Made by a program: the position numbers and the translations under genes
Shown: one piece after another, positions 30,077 through 39,780 of the stretch
Position numbering within the stretch: position 1 is the stretch's first letter
How the letters are laid out: each line of letters starts with the position of its first letter
The notes under the pieces: model-generated
What the model was told of the DNA's origin: nothing
Seen by the model: only the letters and a program-made list of their open reading frames with translations
Databases searched by the model: none
Source of the DNA: Truepera sp.
GTDB lineage: Bacteria; Deinococcota; Deinococci; Deinococcales; Trueperaceae
Assembly (NCBI GenBank): GCA_965218435.1
Contig: CBDCKW010000009.1
Coordinates: 1,216,001 to 1,280,000, forward strand
Length of the DNA stretch: 64,000 bases
Reading direction: 5' to 3'

Positions 30077-30202
30077 CCTGCGCACCTAAGTTTTGTTGAC
30101 AGCGGCTTTCGTGATTGTGGTCGAGCCACCCGCTGCTGTACTCTGAATGCTTACTTCTCCCGGACGACCCGCTGCAAACGCTCCCGGCTCAGCTTACGAA
30201 CT

Positions 30203-30667
30203 TTAACTGCCTACGCCGCGCCGCCGCGCCTGCAGCGCCAGCTTGTCTACCAGTTCATTTTCAGCGTGTCCGGCGTGCCCTTTGGTCCACGACCAGGTGA
30301 GGGTGTGCTCGCCTGCGAGGTCTAAGAGTCTGAGCCACAAATCTTTATTTTTTACGGGTTGTTTGCTGGCAGTTTTCCAGCCGTTACGCTGCCAATTCCG
30401 GAGCCAGCCAGCGGTAAAGGCGTTTTTGAGGTACTGCGAATCGGTAACTATTGTTACGGCGCACGGCGCTTTGAGGGCCGAAAGTGCCTCGACTGCGGCG
30501 GTCAGCTCCATCCGGTTGTTCGTCGTCGCCGCTTCAAAGCCGGAGGCGGTTTTATGCCGGCCGCCGCAGCGCAGCAAGTAGCCCCAACCGCCGCGCCCGG
30601 TCGCCGTATCACACGACCCGTCGGTAAAAATTTCAACGCGTTGTACGCGCTTCTCGTCATTCGTCAT
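30203..30667 (-). CDS. rnhA: Ribonuclease HI
   Basis: FTDGSC, TTNNRMEL, TDSQY, WTKGHAGHAENELVDKLA. Confidence 0.95.
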   Translation of the reverse strand: MTNDEKRVQRVEIFTDGSCDTATGRGGWGYLLRCGGRHKTASGFEAATTNNRMELTAAVEALSALKAPCAVTIVTDSQYLKNAFTAGWLRNWQRNGWKTASKQPVKNKDLWLRLLDLAGEHTLTWSWTKGHAGHAENELVDKLALQARRRGVGS

Positions 30668-30972
30668 TCCCTAAGTGTAGCGTGTACCGAGTCTAACTTG
30701 TACCGGAACCGGCTTGAGCGGTAACCCTGGATATAGCTCTAGTTGCAGCCCTGCCCCTTGTTTAACCGCAAACTAAACCAGCTGTAAAACAGACGTAAAC
30801 CTTTGTAGAACTCTGTTGTTACTCATTCAACTTTAATGAGACGTGCAAGGTTTTGTAGAATCTTATCGGCTGGTCGAGCGGTACTGTGGCGACGCTTCAG
30901 GCCCACTTGTAGACCGCTTGGTAAAACCTAACAAACGCTCTGCGCCGGTACAACCAGGTACATTTGTAAGCA

Positions 30973-31041
30973 TTGACGCAACCCCGTGCTAAGGCTATAC
31001 TCCCTTTAACGTTTGTACAGAGGTTATACGCACGCTATCAA
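30973..31041 (+). promoter_or_regulatory. Promoter of the carH-like gene with downstream 11-bp-spaced boxes
   Basis: TTGACG-N17-TATACT (30973-31001); TGTACA (31014), TATACG (31025), TATCAA (31036). Confidence 0.55.
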
Positions 31042-31080
31042 GTCTGCTAGAGAAGCGCAACACGAGGAGATCAACACACT

Positions 31081-31971
31081 GTGAGTCGGGGCCGTTACAC
31101 CGTCAATGAGGTTGAGGAGCGCACTAAGGTGCCTGCAAGTACCTTGCGGCAGTGGGAGCGCCGTTACGGGTTTCCCAAGCCGGAGCGTTCCGGGTCGGGT
31201 TACCGGCTCTACTGTGACGGCGACGTTCGCAACATCGAACAGATGAAGCGACATATCGCGCAAGGTGTGTCGGCCTCACGCGCCGCTGCACTTCTCTGCC
31301 GTGACGCGTCAGCGGCACTGCCGGGCTCAGTCAGAGGTTTACAAAAGGCGCTTGTTAACGCCCTGCTGAGCTTTGACGAAGCGAAAGCTGATGAGATATT
31401 TAGTCAGGCGTACAGTCTTCACGGCGTTGACACGGTTCTGACTGACCTAGCACAGTTTACGGCGGCTGAGTTAGGTGTGCTCCGGCGTCACGGCGAGGTG
31501 CCGGTTACGACCGAACGTTTTGCCACGGCTTACCTCGAGGGACGGCTTCGGTCGCTGCTGAGCGCCACTGTTAACTGCGTTGCGGGGGCCGTAGTGGTCG
31601 CCGCCTGTGCGCCTTTAGAGCATGACGAAATCGGCGCACTTGTTCTCACCACGCTTTTGCGCCGAGCCGGTCACCGAGTGGTTTATCTGGGCGCAAACAC
31701 CCCGGTCGGGGGCCTGCGTGAGCTGACGCAGACGCTTAGGCCACTTGGCGTCATGGTTCTAGCTTCGTCGGCGCAAGCGGCGACGCTCCTCGGTGAAGCC
31801 CGCAACCACTTGGTAGAGCTTGCGCCGGTACTCGTATTCGGCGGCGCAGCTTTTAACCAACGGCCCGACCTCGCCGAGGCTCTGACCGGTACGCTGCTCG
31901 AGCCCGAAGCCCAAAGCGCAGTGAGGCAGTTTTCTCGGCTCATCGAGCAGCACGGCGCGCTAAGCGCCTAA
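31081..31971 (+). CDS. CarH/LitR-like MerR regulator with a degenerate B12-binding domain
   Basis: TLRQWERRYGFPKPER.GSGYRLY DNA-binding domain, 4-helix cap, Rossmann domain (VYLGANTP). W-x9-EH and E-x-H-x2-G motifs are altered. Confidence 0.85.
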   Translation: MSRGRYTVNEVEERTKVPASTLRQWERRYGFPKPERSGSGYRLYCDGDVRNIEQMKRHIAQGVSASRAAALLCRDASAALPGSVRGLQKALVNALLSFDEAKADEIFSQAYSLHGVDTVLTDLAQFTAAELGVLRRHGEVPVTTERFATAYLEGRLRSLLSATVNCVAGAVVVAACAPLEHDEIGALVLTTLLRRAGHRVVYLGANTPVGGLRELTQTLRPLGVMVLASSAQAATLLGEARNHLVELAPVLVFGGAAFNQRPDLAEALTGTLLEPEAQSAVRQFSRLIEQHGALSA

Positions 31972-32161
31972 GGGATTAAGATGAGTTGCAGCCCAGTAGT
32001 CTGGACCCCACCGATGTAGCGGCTGACATCGGCGCGTCTAACCTCAGCAGGTGTAATAGGGTAGCGTCCAGAAATGTACGAAGCAGGCTGAAGTAGGTGT
32101 GCAGGTAGTTATAGCAGGCAACGAAAATAGGTAGCAACACGATGTTTACGGGAGGCAGACC

Positions 32162-32806
32162 ATGAACAACATCCTGAACGAAATCAGCAGACAAGACCCG
32201 CAGGCCGCGCTCGAGGCTCCCAGCCAACTGCTCCGGTTTCAGCGCAAACAGACGCTCTATCATAACGGTGACCCGGCCCAATCGGTCTTCCGCGTTCATG
32301 ACGGTCTTATCCGTATTACCCGGATGACGCCTGAAGGCCGCATCCTGACGGTGCGCCACGTGATGCCCGGCGACTTCTTCGGCGAAGAAGCGTTTATGGA
32401 CGGTCGCCGCGAAGAGATTGCCGAAGCTTTGACCAACGCGCAGGTCGAAGCGATTGACCCGAAACTCATCAATCATCACGACCTGATGACGATTACGCAG
32501 TCGCTCTCGAAGCAGATGCAGCGTCTGATGGACTACGAGTATCACCTCCAAACCGGTGATCTGCGTCAGCGCGTCGCCCGCTACCTTATCAACTTGTCGG
32601 AAACGCCGCTGGCTGCTAAAAACAGCGAGGGCCACATGGTCGTTTCGGCCACCCACGAGCTGATCGCCGAGGGTACCGCGAGCACGCGTGAAAGCGTGTC
32701 GAAAATCATCACCGAACTGCGCAGTGAGGGGCTTATTGAATCAGGCTACCGCTCGATTGTCCTCTTGCAACCTGACGAGCTAGACGAGATTTCGCAAGGG
32801 TTCTAA
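32162..32806 (+). CDS. ldrP: CRP/FNR-family regulator, LdrP-like
   Basis: RHVMPGDFFGEEA, HLQTGDLRQRVARYL, TASTRESVSK resemble Thermus LdrP; follows a litR/carH homolog. Confidence 0.8.
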   Translation: MNNILNEISRQDPQAALEAPSQLLRFQRKQTLYHNGDPAQSVFRVHDGLIRITRMTPEGRILTVRHVMPGDFFGEEAFMDGRREEIAEALTNAQVEAIDPKLINHHDLMTITQSLSKQMQRLMDYEYHLQTGDLRQRVARYLINLSETPLAAKNSEGHMVVSATHELIAEGTASTRESVSKIITELRSEGLIESGYRSIVLLQPDELDEISQGF

Positions 32807-32828
32807 AAGCTGCACTTAATCAACCTGA

Positions 32829-32863
32829 AAGGCTGTGGTCGGGAAACTGACCGCAGCTTTTTT
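32829..32863 (+). terminator. Intrinsic terminator after ldrP
   Basis: GGCTGTGGTCGG-GAAA-CTGACCGCAGCT plus T-run. Confidence 0.8.
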
Positions 32864-32982
32864 GCTACACTCCGCTACGAAACTCAGTCAATGGGTTAGT
32901 GCCGGATTGTTACTGATTTTGCTAACTTCATGTAACCTTCTTGAAAGGCGTACGCATGTCGTTGGCGAAATTGACTCGTTTA

Positions 32983-33371
32983 GAGCTTGTTATGAACCTT
33001 CAAGGTTCATTTGAGCTGTTCGGTTAACGCTTAGAAAATCCGTCCTGCTCCAGCTTTTTGTACTTTCGACGGGCTTTGTTGCATGAATCCTGGAATCAAA
33101 AGTAAGTCTCTGAAACGAGGACGGAAAATCGTCAGAAAGTAGCTTTCCATCATTGAGGTGAAAAATACTCGCAAACGATTTATAAGTAAAAGCATGCTGA
33201 GACCTTCTGATTCTAATTTGTGCAACAACGCCCTTTCGACGGTATTTTTTTAGTGTGCTTGGAGCTTAAACGCAGGCTCGAGTCCGAGGTGCCGAAACAG
33301 CCAAACAATCTACCTGCTGTGTAGGACGCGCACTCAGCCATTACAATCGTCTTAGAGTTCATAACACGCTC
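32983..33371 (-). mobile_element. MITE type A, inverted copy carrying a nested MITE B
   Basis: Reverse complement of 19345-19564 with TA flanks. Confidence 0.88.
33072..33232. mobile_element. MITE type B (161 bp, IS903-like ends, 9-bp TSD)
   Basis: GGCTTTGTTGCATGAATC...AATTTGTGCAACAACGCC. TSD CTTTCGACG at 33063-33071 and 33233-33241. Empty site present in the copy at 19345. Confidence 0.88.
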
Positions 33372-33680
33372 TAGTCAACGCGACGCCGTTACCGTTCCTG
33401 CTTCGGTGCAATCAGGGGCGTCTTTCGAGGTTACTGTAACGACTTTGGGCGGCGGCTGTATGGAGCAGGGGGAAACTGACGTTCAGCTTCAAGGCTCACG
33501 GGCCAATATCACACCTTACGATTACGAGGTTACACCGCTGTTCGGCGGTTGTCTTCTCTACGGTAAAGATTACAAGCATACGGCTACGCTGAGTTTTGCC
33601 GCCAAAGGAACAGCCACGATTGTTTTTCACGGGCAAAGTAATGGAGCGATGACGATGCTCGAGCGAACTGTCGAGGTTCG

Positions 33681-34154
33681 CTAATCTTCCTGCGGCTCGA
33701 GCCCCCTCACCTCCGGCACACTGTCTAAACTCCGCTCATACGCCCGCAGCATCCCCCGAAACTGTTCCCGAAAAAGCCGGTGCTCACGTTCGGTTCGGGC
33801 GGCTTCGGCTTTGAGCTCGCGCAGTTCGCGTTCGGCGTCGCGTAAAATCACGGCGCGTTCGTCTCGGGCACCCTGCAATACGCGTTCAGCGTCGTCTTGT
33901 GCGCGCGCTTTGAGTTCACTGCCGAGCCGCTCAGCGGAGACGACGGCGCGGCGCAGCTCGCTCTCGCCGCTCCTAAGTTCCGCGATTAGGTCGTCGCGTT
34001 TACTCAGTTCGGCTTTAAGCGTCTGGTTTTCGCGGAGCGTCGTCTCGAGCGCCTCGGCTGCACCGTCTAAAAAGTCCCTGACCTGCGCTTTGTCGTAGCC
34101 GCGCATGGCGTTGGAAAACTCGTGGTGCTGAATGTCTAACGGGCTTAACTTCAC
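33681..34154 (-). CDS. divIVA: DivIVA-domain protein
   Basis: LSPLDIQHHEFSNAMRGYDKAQVRDFL plus coiled coil. Confidence 0.88.
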   Translation of the reverse strand: MKLSPLDIQHHEFSNAMRGYDKAQVRDFLDGAAEALETTLRENQTLKAELSKRDDLIAELRSGESELRRAVVSAERLGSELKARAQDDAERVLQGARDERAVILRDAERELRELKAEAARTEREHRLFREQFRGMLRAYERSLDSVPEVRGLEPQED

Positions 34155-34166
34155 CGTACCTCCTGG

Positions 34167-34829
34167 CTAATCCGGGAAGAGGGCCGACCCGACCCGTACA
34201 TAGGTCGCACCCTCCTCGGCGGCCACTTCAAAGTCGCCGCTCATCCCCATCGAAAGCTCCCTGAGCGCGAGTTTATCACGCAGGTCTCTAAGGGCTCTAA
34301 AGATAGGCCGCGCCGCTTCGGGGTCGTCGTGATACGGGGCGATGGTCATCACCCCGGCGAGGTCCAGGTGCGGTAAGCTCTCGGCGTAACGCGCCAGCTC
34401 TGCGGCTCCAGCCGTGGAGACGCCCTGTTTGTTCGCTTCGCCCGCGACGTTGACCTCGAGTAAGACGCGAAACGTATGGCTCTTTTTCTCGCCAAACGCT
34501 TCTAACGCGTCGGCTAACCGCTCCGAATTGAGCGTATGCAGGGTATGAAAGGGAAGGCAGTATTTGACCTTGTTGGTCTGCAGATTGCCGATCAGGTGCC
34601 ACTCGAGCCCCGCTAGCTCAGCTGTTTTTTTGCGCCATTCCTGAATTCGGCTTTCACCCAACACAGTTTGTCCAGCTTCTAGGATGTTCGTCTGTATTGA
34701 CGCGACACCATGACCCTTCGTCACCGCAATCAGCGTAACCTCGGCGGGGTCGCGGTGGGCGCGTAAACAGGCGCGCCCCAACCGCTCCCGCACCGCTAAA
34801 ATCGGTAGTCCAGGGGCCGAAGAGCTCAA
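34167..34829 (-). CDS. yggS: PLP homeostasis protein YggS
   Basis: LIAVTK, WHLIGNLQTNK, LSMGMSGDF, VRVGSALF. Confidence 0.93.
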   Translation of the reverse strand: MSSSAPGLPILAVRERLGRACLRAHRDPAEVTLIAVTKGHGVASIQTNILEAGQTVLGESRIQEWRKKTAELAGLEWHLIGNLQTNKVKYCLPFHTLHTLNSERLADALEAFGEKKSHTFRVLLEVNVAGEANKQGVSTAGAAELARYAESLPHLDLAGVMTIAPYHDDPEAARPIFRALRDLRDKLALRELSMGMSGDFEVAAEEGATYVRVGSALFPD

Positions 34830-35677
34830 AGCTGTGGGACGAGCGCCTTGACGAGTTTTCTAAAGGTCGGCCCGCTCGCAGCGGCGGTCTCTAAAACTTC
34901 GGTCTCGTCGGCGTGGGCGTGGGCGTCGGGGAGCGCCATATCGGTGACGACGGAAATTCCTAGCACCCGCAGCCCTTCGTGCCGCGCGACCAATACCTCG
35001 TGGACGGTAGACATGCCGATGGCGTCTGCACCCCACGCCCGGAACATCCGGAGTTCGGCCCGGGTCGCGTAGCTCGGGCCGCTGACGGCTAAATAGACGC
35101 CCTCACGGAGCAAAATGTCCTCGGCCCTGGCCGTGTCGCGGGCCAGCCCCAGTAGTCCCGGGTCATACGCGTCAAAGGTCACCGGAAACCGTGGGCCGAG
35201 TTCCGGGTCGTTCGGGCCTAGCAGCGGACTTGCAAAGGTGAAGTTGATCAGGTCGAGTTGCAGCATCAGCTCGCCTGCGCGCCAGTTCGGGTTGAGGCCG
35301 CCGCAGGCGTTGCTGACTAAGAGCGTCCCCGCACCGAGGGCGTGCAGCAGCCGTACTGGAAAGGCGGCCTGCGCCGCCGTCATCCCTTCATAAAAGTGCA
35401 GCCGTCCCTGCATCGCCACGACACGGCGACCGGCGAGTGTGCCTAACACAAGCTTGCCGGCGTGACCGGGGGCCGTGCTCGGCGCGAAGCCGGGCAGCTC
35501 GCTGTAAGGGATCACGGCGTCGGCGTCAATTTCGTCGGCTAAGGGGCCGAGGCCAGAGCCTAAAATCAGCGCGAGTTCGGGCTCGAGGTCAGTTTTGCGC
35601 CGCACAGCGTTGGCTGCGGCGGCAACGGCGATACTTAAAGGTTCAGCACTTGAAGGTTCTGCGGGCGTGTCAATCAT
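34826..35677 (-). CDS. Purine-nucleoside phosphorylase (trimeric type)
   Basis: ILGSGLG, QGRLHFYEG, NACGG, DAIGMSTVHE. Confidence 0.92.
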   Translation of the reverse strand: MIDTPAEPSSAEPLSIAVAAAANAVRRKTDLEPELALILGSGLGPLADEIDADAVIPYSELPGFAPSTAPGHAGKLVLGTLAGRRVVAMQGRLHFYEGMTAAQAAFPVRLLHALGAGTLLVSNACGGLNPNWRAGELMLQLDLINFTFASPLLGPNDPELGPRFPVTFDAYDPGLLGLARDTARAEDILLREGVYLAVSGPSYATRAELRMFRAWGADAIGMSTVHEVLVARHEGLRVLGISVVTDMALPDAHAHADETEVLETAAASGPTFRKLVKALVPQL

Positions 35678-35810
35678 ACCCCTATCATATGTGCATCATC
35701 ATGAGGCAACTGCACGGTAATGCGTTACTGCGATACTCTTTACAACCTTAGGAAGAGGCGGCGAAACCCCTTCACCTGTTCTCACCCCCCTCAAGGTTAA
35801 ACTGAGCGCC

Positions 35811-38633
35811 ATGTCACCTAACGCCTTGCCCAAGCCCTTTCTCCTGCTCTGTCTATGCGTTTCGCTAACCGCATTCACGTCCGTTACCGCCCAGACTACG
35901 ACCCAGACCCCACCCCAAACCACACCTCAGACTGCTCCCCCAAAAGAGGCGGTAGCTGAGCCCATTCCCGCAGACGCCAAGCTCGCCGAAATCCGTTTTG
36001 AAGGGATCAGCGATTCTACAATCGAGAGTCTGGTGCGTGTCCTGCTCGTCTCGAGACCCGGTGTGCCTGTTTCTGATATTGACCTCTCTGCCGAGCGCAA
36101 CACTATCTTGGGCTTCGGTGCGTTTTCAGAGGTGAGTTTGTCGGTTGAAAACCGCTCTGTAGGGCCGGTCTTATTCGTCCGTGTCAAAGAAAATCCGCCG
36201 ATTCGTGAGGTGGTTTTACAAGGCATACCTAATGTTGCTTTTAGAAAGCAGGTTAGGCAGATTTTGCTTCAAGAAAATCAGCTCGGGGCGGGGCAAATCT
36301 ATAACACGACCCGCGCTCAAGAAGCGATCAATACCTTGCAAGCGATCTACAACGCGCCTGGGGTTGGGTTTCCCGGTCCTATTCCGGTGACGCTGAGCGT
36401 ACGCCCGGTTGCTAAAAAAGCTGCGAACCAAGGTTCGGGTGAAGCCCAGATACAGGCTGCGCCGGTCACACTCGAGAACGCCGCTGCAGTTCGGCTGATC
36501 TATACCATCAACCAAGCACCGCCGGTTGACACCGTAACTTTTTCCGGTGAGACCGTCGTTCCTGAAGCTGAGCTAAAGACGCTCTTTCGCAACGTCACCG
36601 CGGCTGAGACCTTCGATCTGAGCACCTATCTAACGGCGGTACAGGGTGTCGCCGACGCCTACAACAAAGCGGGCTACCGGGGCTCGGGCATTGACCGGAC
36701 CCAGACTCGCCTCGCTGACGGGACTTTAAGTGTCGTCGTTAACGAGCTGCGCATCTTGAGTTTAGACACAACTGCGATTGGAATTGACCCGGCGAAGTTT
36801 TCCCTAAAACCCGGCGACCTGTACAACTACGACACGCTCCTCTCTGACGTAACGCGGCTCGCTCAGGGTCGGAGTGAAGACATTCGGCTCGAGGCGCAAC
36901 CGGTCGGTAACGGGGTCGCGGTCGTCTTTACTTCCGGCCCGCCCGCGTCGGCCGGTCCCATTAAACGCATTGACATTGAAGGTAACACGGTCTTTACCGA
37001 CGCGGAGTTAGAGCAGCAGCTCGGGCTTAAAGTAGGTGAGACCTTCACCTCGGCGCTCGCTACCGACGACTTCCGGCGGCTCTTAGAGTTTTACGCGCAA
37101 GCGGGCTACCTGCTCGTTCAGGAACCGAACTTTAACTTTCGTGACGGCACCTATTCCCAGCGTCTCCGCGAGGTCAAAATTGCCGGGTACCAGGTTGATT
37201 TGCAGACCGCTAACCCGCGTACCAAAAACCGCGTGATTACGCGTTACCTGCCCGAAGTCGGCAGTGTTTATAACCAACCCGAGGTCGAGCGCGCGATTTT
37301 GCAGATCAACGCGCTCCAGATCGTCCGGCTGACCCAGGTTGGCACGCGTATTTCGCATGCGCTCGTGTCGACTGACAACCCCGCACAGGTGATCGTCCGT
37401 TTTATCGCCCAAGAGGTGCCGTCGCGGACTATTACCCCTTCAGCTGAGCTGACGACCGAAGGCGGCGTCACTTTTGGGGCGGACATTTCCGTCGCCGATA
37501 CCAACCTTTTCGGTCTAGCCCACAACGCGAGTGCGTCGGTCAACGCCGGAACGTCCGACTTAGGCTTTTTAGTCGGCGGCAGTCTTTCGTATACGGTTCC
37601 CTGGCTCGACGCTGATTTTCTCGATTTTAGAGAGGTACCGACCAGCGTCAGCGCCGAACTGTTTAGCACGACCACGAGCAACCAACCGATCAGTAGCGGC
37701 GGCAGACGGTGCGTGCCTTTTGGTGCGGGCGCAGGTGTCCCGGTACCAGGTGCAAAAGAAGATTGCACCGCCTCCGATCAGGCTTTAATCGGTGAATATA
37801 CCCAGCGCGATACCGGCTTCCGCTTTAGCGTCGGTCGGCCTATCTTGCCCGACCTGTCGCTCAACGTCTCGACGCGCTTTACGCAGAGTAACTACGCCGT
37901 TGAGCCGCCCGGTAACGTGTGTGATCCGGCTGCTCCGTCTAGCACTTGCTCGCTCCCCTATGAGCAGGCTATTCTATACGCGCCGCAGAGCGGGTTCTCG
38001 AGCTTTCTCGGCTCAGGTCTGACCTATGACAACCGCGACAATCCCGAATACCCGCACGAAGGCTACCGCGCTTCTATCAGCGGCGGGGTCGGGTTTGGCA
38101 ACGATTTTACCCGCAATGATGTTCAGCAAGGCTACACGTATGAGCAGCTCGAGGTCGGCGCGAGCACCTACGTTACGCCGTTTGAAAACAAGAGTCACGT
38201 CTTCGCCTTCCGCGTCAACGCCGGTAAGCAGTTTGGAGGCCGAGAAAACTATCCTGCCAGCCGCTTATTTATTATCGGCAATACGAACAACCAGGCCACG
38301 CAGATACGCGGCTATGGCCGTGACGACCTCAGTCCGGCCTCGAGCTATGTGGCCACGACCGCTGAGTACCGCTACGACTTCGGGCTCTCTACGGCGGTAA
38401 CACAAACGATTGTCGGGATCGGCTTTATAGATTTGGGCTACGTTCCTGCCAACGAAGCCGGACTCGAGCCGGGAACGCTTTTCGCGCCACTGTTACCGAG
38501 CATCGGTGTGGCGGTACAGCTCAACATCGGTTTTGGCGGCGGGTTGGCGTTGCCGCCGCTCCGCTTCGACTACGGTATCAGCCCGAGAAACCCAACCGGC
38601 GTTTTTGGTTTTAGGCTTGGGTTTAACTTCTAG
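35811..38633 (+). CDS. bamA: BamA/Omp85 outer-membrane assembly factor
   Basis: Signal peptide, POTRA repeats, DTNLFG, YDNRD, IRGY, LRFDYG, C-terminal F. Confidence 0.85.
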   Translation: MSPNALPKPFLLLCLCVSLTAFTSVTAQTTTQTPPQTTPQTAPPKEAVAEPIPADAKLAEIRFEGISDSTIESLVRVLLVSRPGVPVSDIDLSAERNTILGFGAFSEVSLSVENRSVGPVLFVRVKENPPIREVVLQGIPNVAFRKQVRQILLQENQLGAGQIYNTTRAQEAINTLQAIYNAPGVGFPGPIPVTLSVRPVAKKAANQGSGEAQIQAAPVTLENAAAVRLIYTINQAPPVDTVTFSGETVVPEAELKTLFRNVTAAETFDLSTYLTAVQGVADAYNKAGYRGSGIDRTQTRLADGTLSVVVNELRILSLDTTAIGIDPAKFSLKPGDLYNYDTLLSDVTRLAQGRSEDIRLEAQPVGNGVAVVFTSGPPASAGPIKRIDIEGNTVFTDAELEQQLGLKVGETFTSALATDDFRRLLEFYAQAGYLLVQEPNFNFRDGTYSQRLREVKIAGYQVDLQTANPRTKNRVITRYLPEVGSVYNQPEVERAILQINALQIVRLTQVGTRISHALVSTDNPAQVIVRFIAQEVPSRTITPSAELTTEGGVTFGADISVADTNLFGLAHNASASVNAGTSDLGFLVGGSLSYTVPWLDADFLDFREVPTSVSAELFSTTTSNQPISSGGRRCVPFGAGAGVPVPGAKEDCTASDQALIGEYTQRDTGFRFSVGRPILPDLSLNVSTRFTQSNYAVEPPGNVCDPAAPSSTCSLPYEQAILYAPQSGFSSFLGSGLTYDNRDNPEYPHEGYRASISGGVGFGNDFTRNDVQQGYTYEQLEVGASTYVTPFENKSHVFAFRVNAGKQFGGRENYPASRLFIIGNTNNQATQIRGYGRDDLSPASSYVATTAEYRYDFGLSTAVTQTIVGIGFIDLGYVPANEAGLEPGTLFAPLLPSIGVAVQLNIGFGGGLALPPLRFDYGISPRNPTGVFGFRLGFNF

Positions 38634-38649
38634 CACCCGTAAGAGCAGC

Positions 38650-38682
38650 AAAACAGGCGGCTCGGGTAGCCGCCTGTTTTTT
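38650..38682. terminator. Intrinsic (likely bidirectional) terminator after bamA
   Basis: AAAACAGGCGGCT-CGGGT-AGCCGCCTGTTTTTT. Confidence 0.85.
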
Positions 38683-38833
38683 CGCTGTAGTAAAGCCTCA
38701 GTTGGTATTTCCAAAAGAGCTTGCACCAAATCTCAGCCCATTAGGGTAACGGGACTTTATCTCAGAATGTGCGTTCTGGTCAGCGAAACTCAAACGGAGA
38801 GGATTGCTGACTAAATACTACCTGCTGTTAGCT

Positions 38834-39436
38834 TTATGCTCTTCTGTTTCGCCGCCGGACAACCCAAAAGATTGCGAAGATCAATAGCCCGCCTAAGACG
38901 ACAAATGAAATCGGCCCGAGGTACGTGTCAACGAGCTTGTAGTTCTGACCCAACAGTCCGCCAAGCGCGGTAAGCAGCAGCACCCAAAGCGCCGTGCCGA
39001 GTGCTGAATAAAGCCAAAAAGTCGTGAGCGGCATTTCGCTCATCCCCGCGGGGACGGAGATAAGCGAGCGCAGCCCCGGAACCAAACGGGCCAAAAACAC
39101 CGCTTTGTGCCCGTGTCGGTCAAACCAGTCGTCAGCTTTTTTGACATCTTGACCTGAAACCGTCAGCCATTTGCCGTAACGTTCAGCCCACGCGACGAGT
39201 TTGTCTTCGCTGGCCCAGCGGCCCAGATAGTAGAGCGGCAGCTGCCCTAGAAGTGACCCGGACGCGCCCGCAAGCACGACCCCGACGAACGAAAGTTCAC
39301 CCCTAGCGGCGCTAAACCCTGCGAGCGGCATAATCAGCTCGCTGGGAATCGGAGGGAAGACATTTTCTAAAAACATCAGCAAAGCGACGCCCGGATACCC
39401 GAGCGCCGTCATCGTTTGTTGAATCCAGTCGAACAC
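38834..39436 (-). CDS. DedA family protein
   Basis: LMFLENVFPPIPSELIMPLAG, ARLVPGLRSLISVPAG. Confidence 0.92.
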   Translation of the reverse strand: MFDWIQQTMTALGYPGVALLMFLENVFPPIPSELIMPLAGFSAARGELSFVGVVLAGASGSLLGQLPLYYLGRWASEDKLVAWAERYGKWLTVSGQDVKKADDWFDRHGHKAVFLARLVPGLRSLISVPAGMSEMPLTTFWLYSALGTALWVLLLTALGGLLGQNYKLVDTYLGPISFVVLGGLLIFAIFWVVRRRNRRA

Positions 39437-39593
39437 GAATAGCTCCTAAAAAATCGCCCTTGTCGTAGAGGTCAGCGAGAAGTCGGCGGATCAAGCAGTT
39501 AGCTGAAAGGTGGCTACTTAAGCGTTAAGGGTTGTGCCTTTAACCTGACTGTATTTTACGGCGCTGAGGTCCGCTGAACGTTTGGTTTGCATG

Positions 39594-39767
39594 CTAGCGT
39601 TCTCTTACCTCGACCTCACCACAACGTAAGCAGACCCGTTGCCGCTGAATGGTCAGGGTACGCGCTCTACGGTAGGGGTCGGCGGTTCTCGAGGCGTGGT
39701 ATTTGACCTCTCCCCACTTATGTCCGAAAATGCGGCAAGCTGAGCGGGCGAGGCTATGTTCGTTCAT
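39594..39767 (-). CDS. 57-aa protein with C-x4-HKW...CxxCG motif (DUF1660-like)
   Basis: MNEHSLARSACRIFGHKWGEVKYHASRTADPYRRARTLTIQRQRVCLRCGEVEVRER; GAGGTG RBS; below the ORF-track cutoff. Confidence 0.65.
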   Translation of the reverse strand: MNEHSLARSACRIFGHKWGEVKYHASRTADPYRRARTLTIQRQRVCLRCGEVEVRER

Positions 39768-39780
39768 AGGTCACCTCTAG

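Larger units (their letters stand above)
32877..33684 (+). pseudogene. Lipoprotein gene disrupted by nested MITEs
   Basis: Removing 32983-33371 and one TA gives a continuous frame: (ACG)KLSQWVSAGLLLILLTSC NLLERRTHVVGEIDSF|SQRDAVTVPASVQSG...VEVR*, with lipobox LTSC. Confidence 0.75.
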
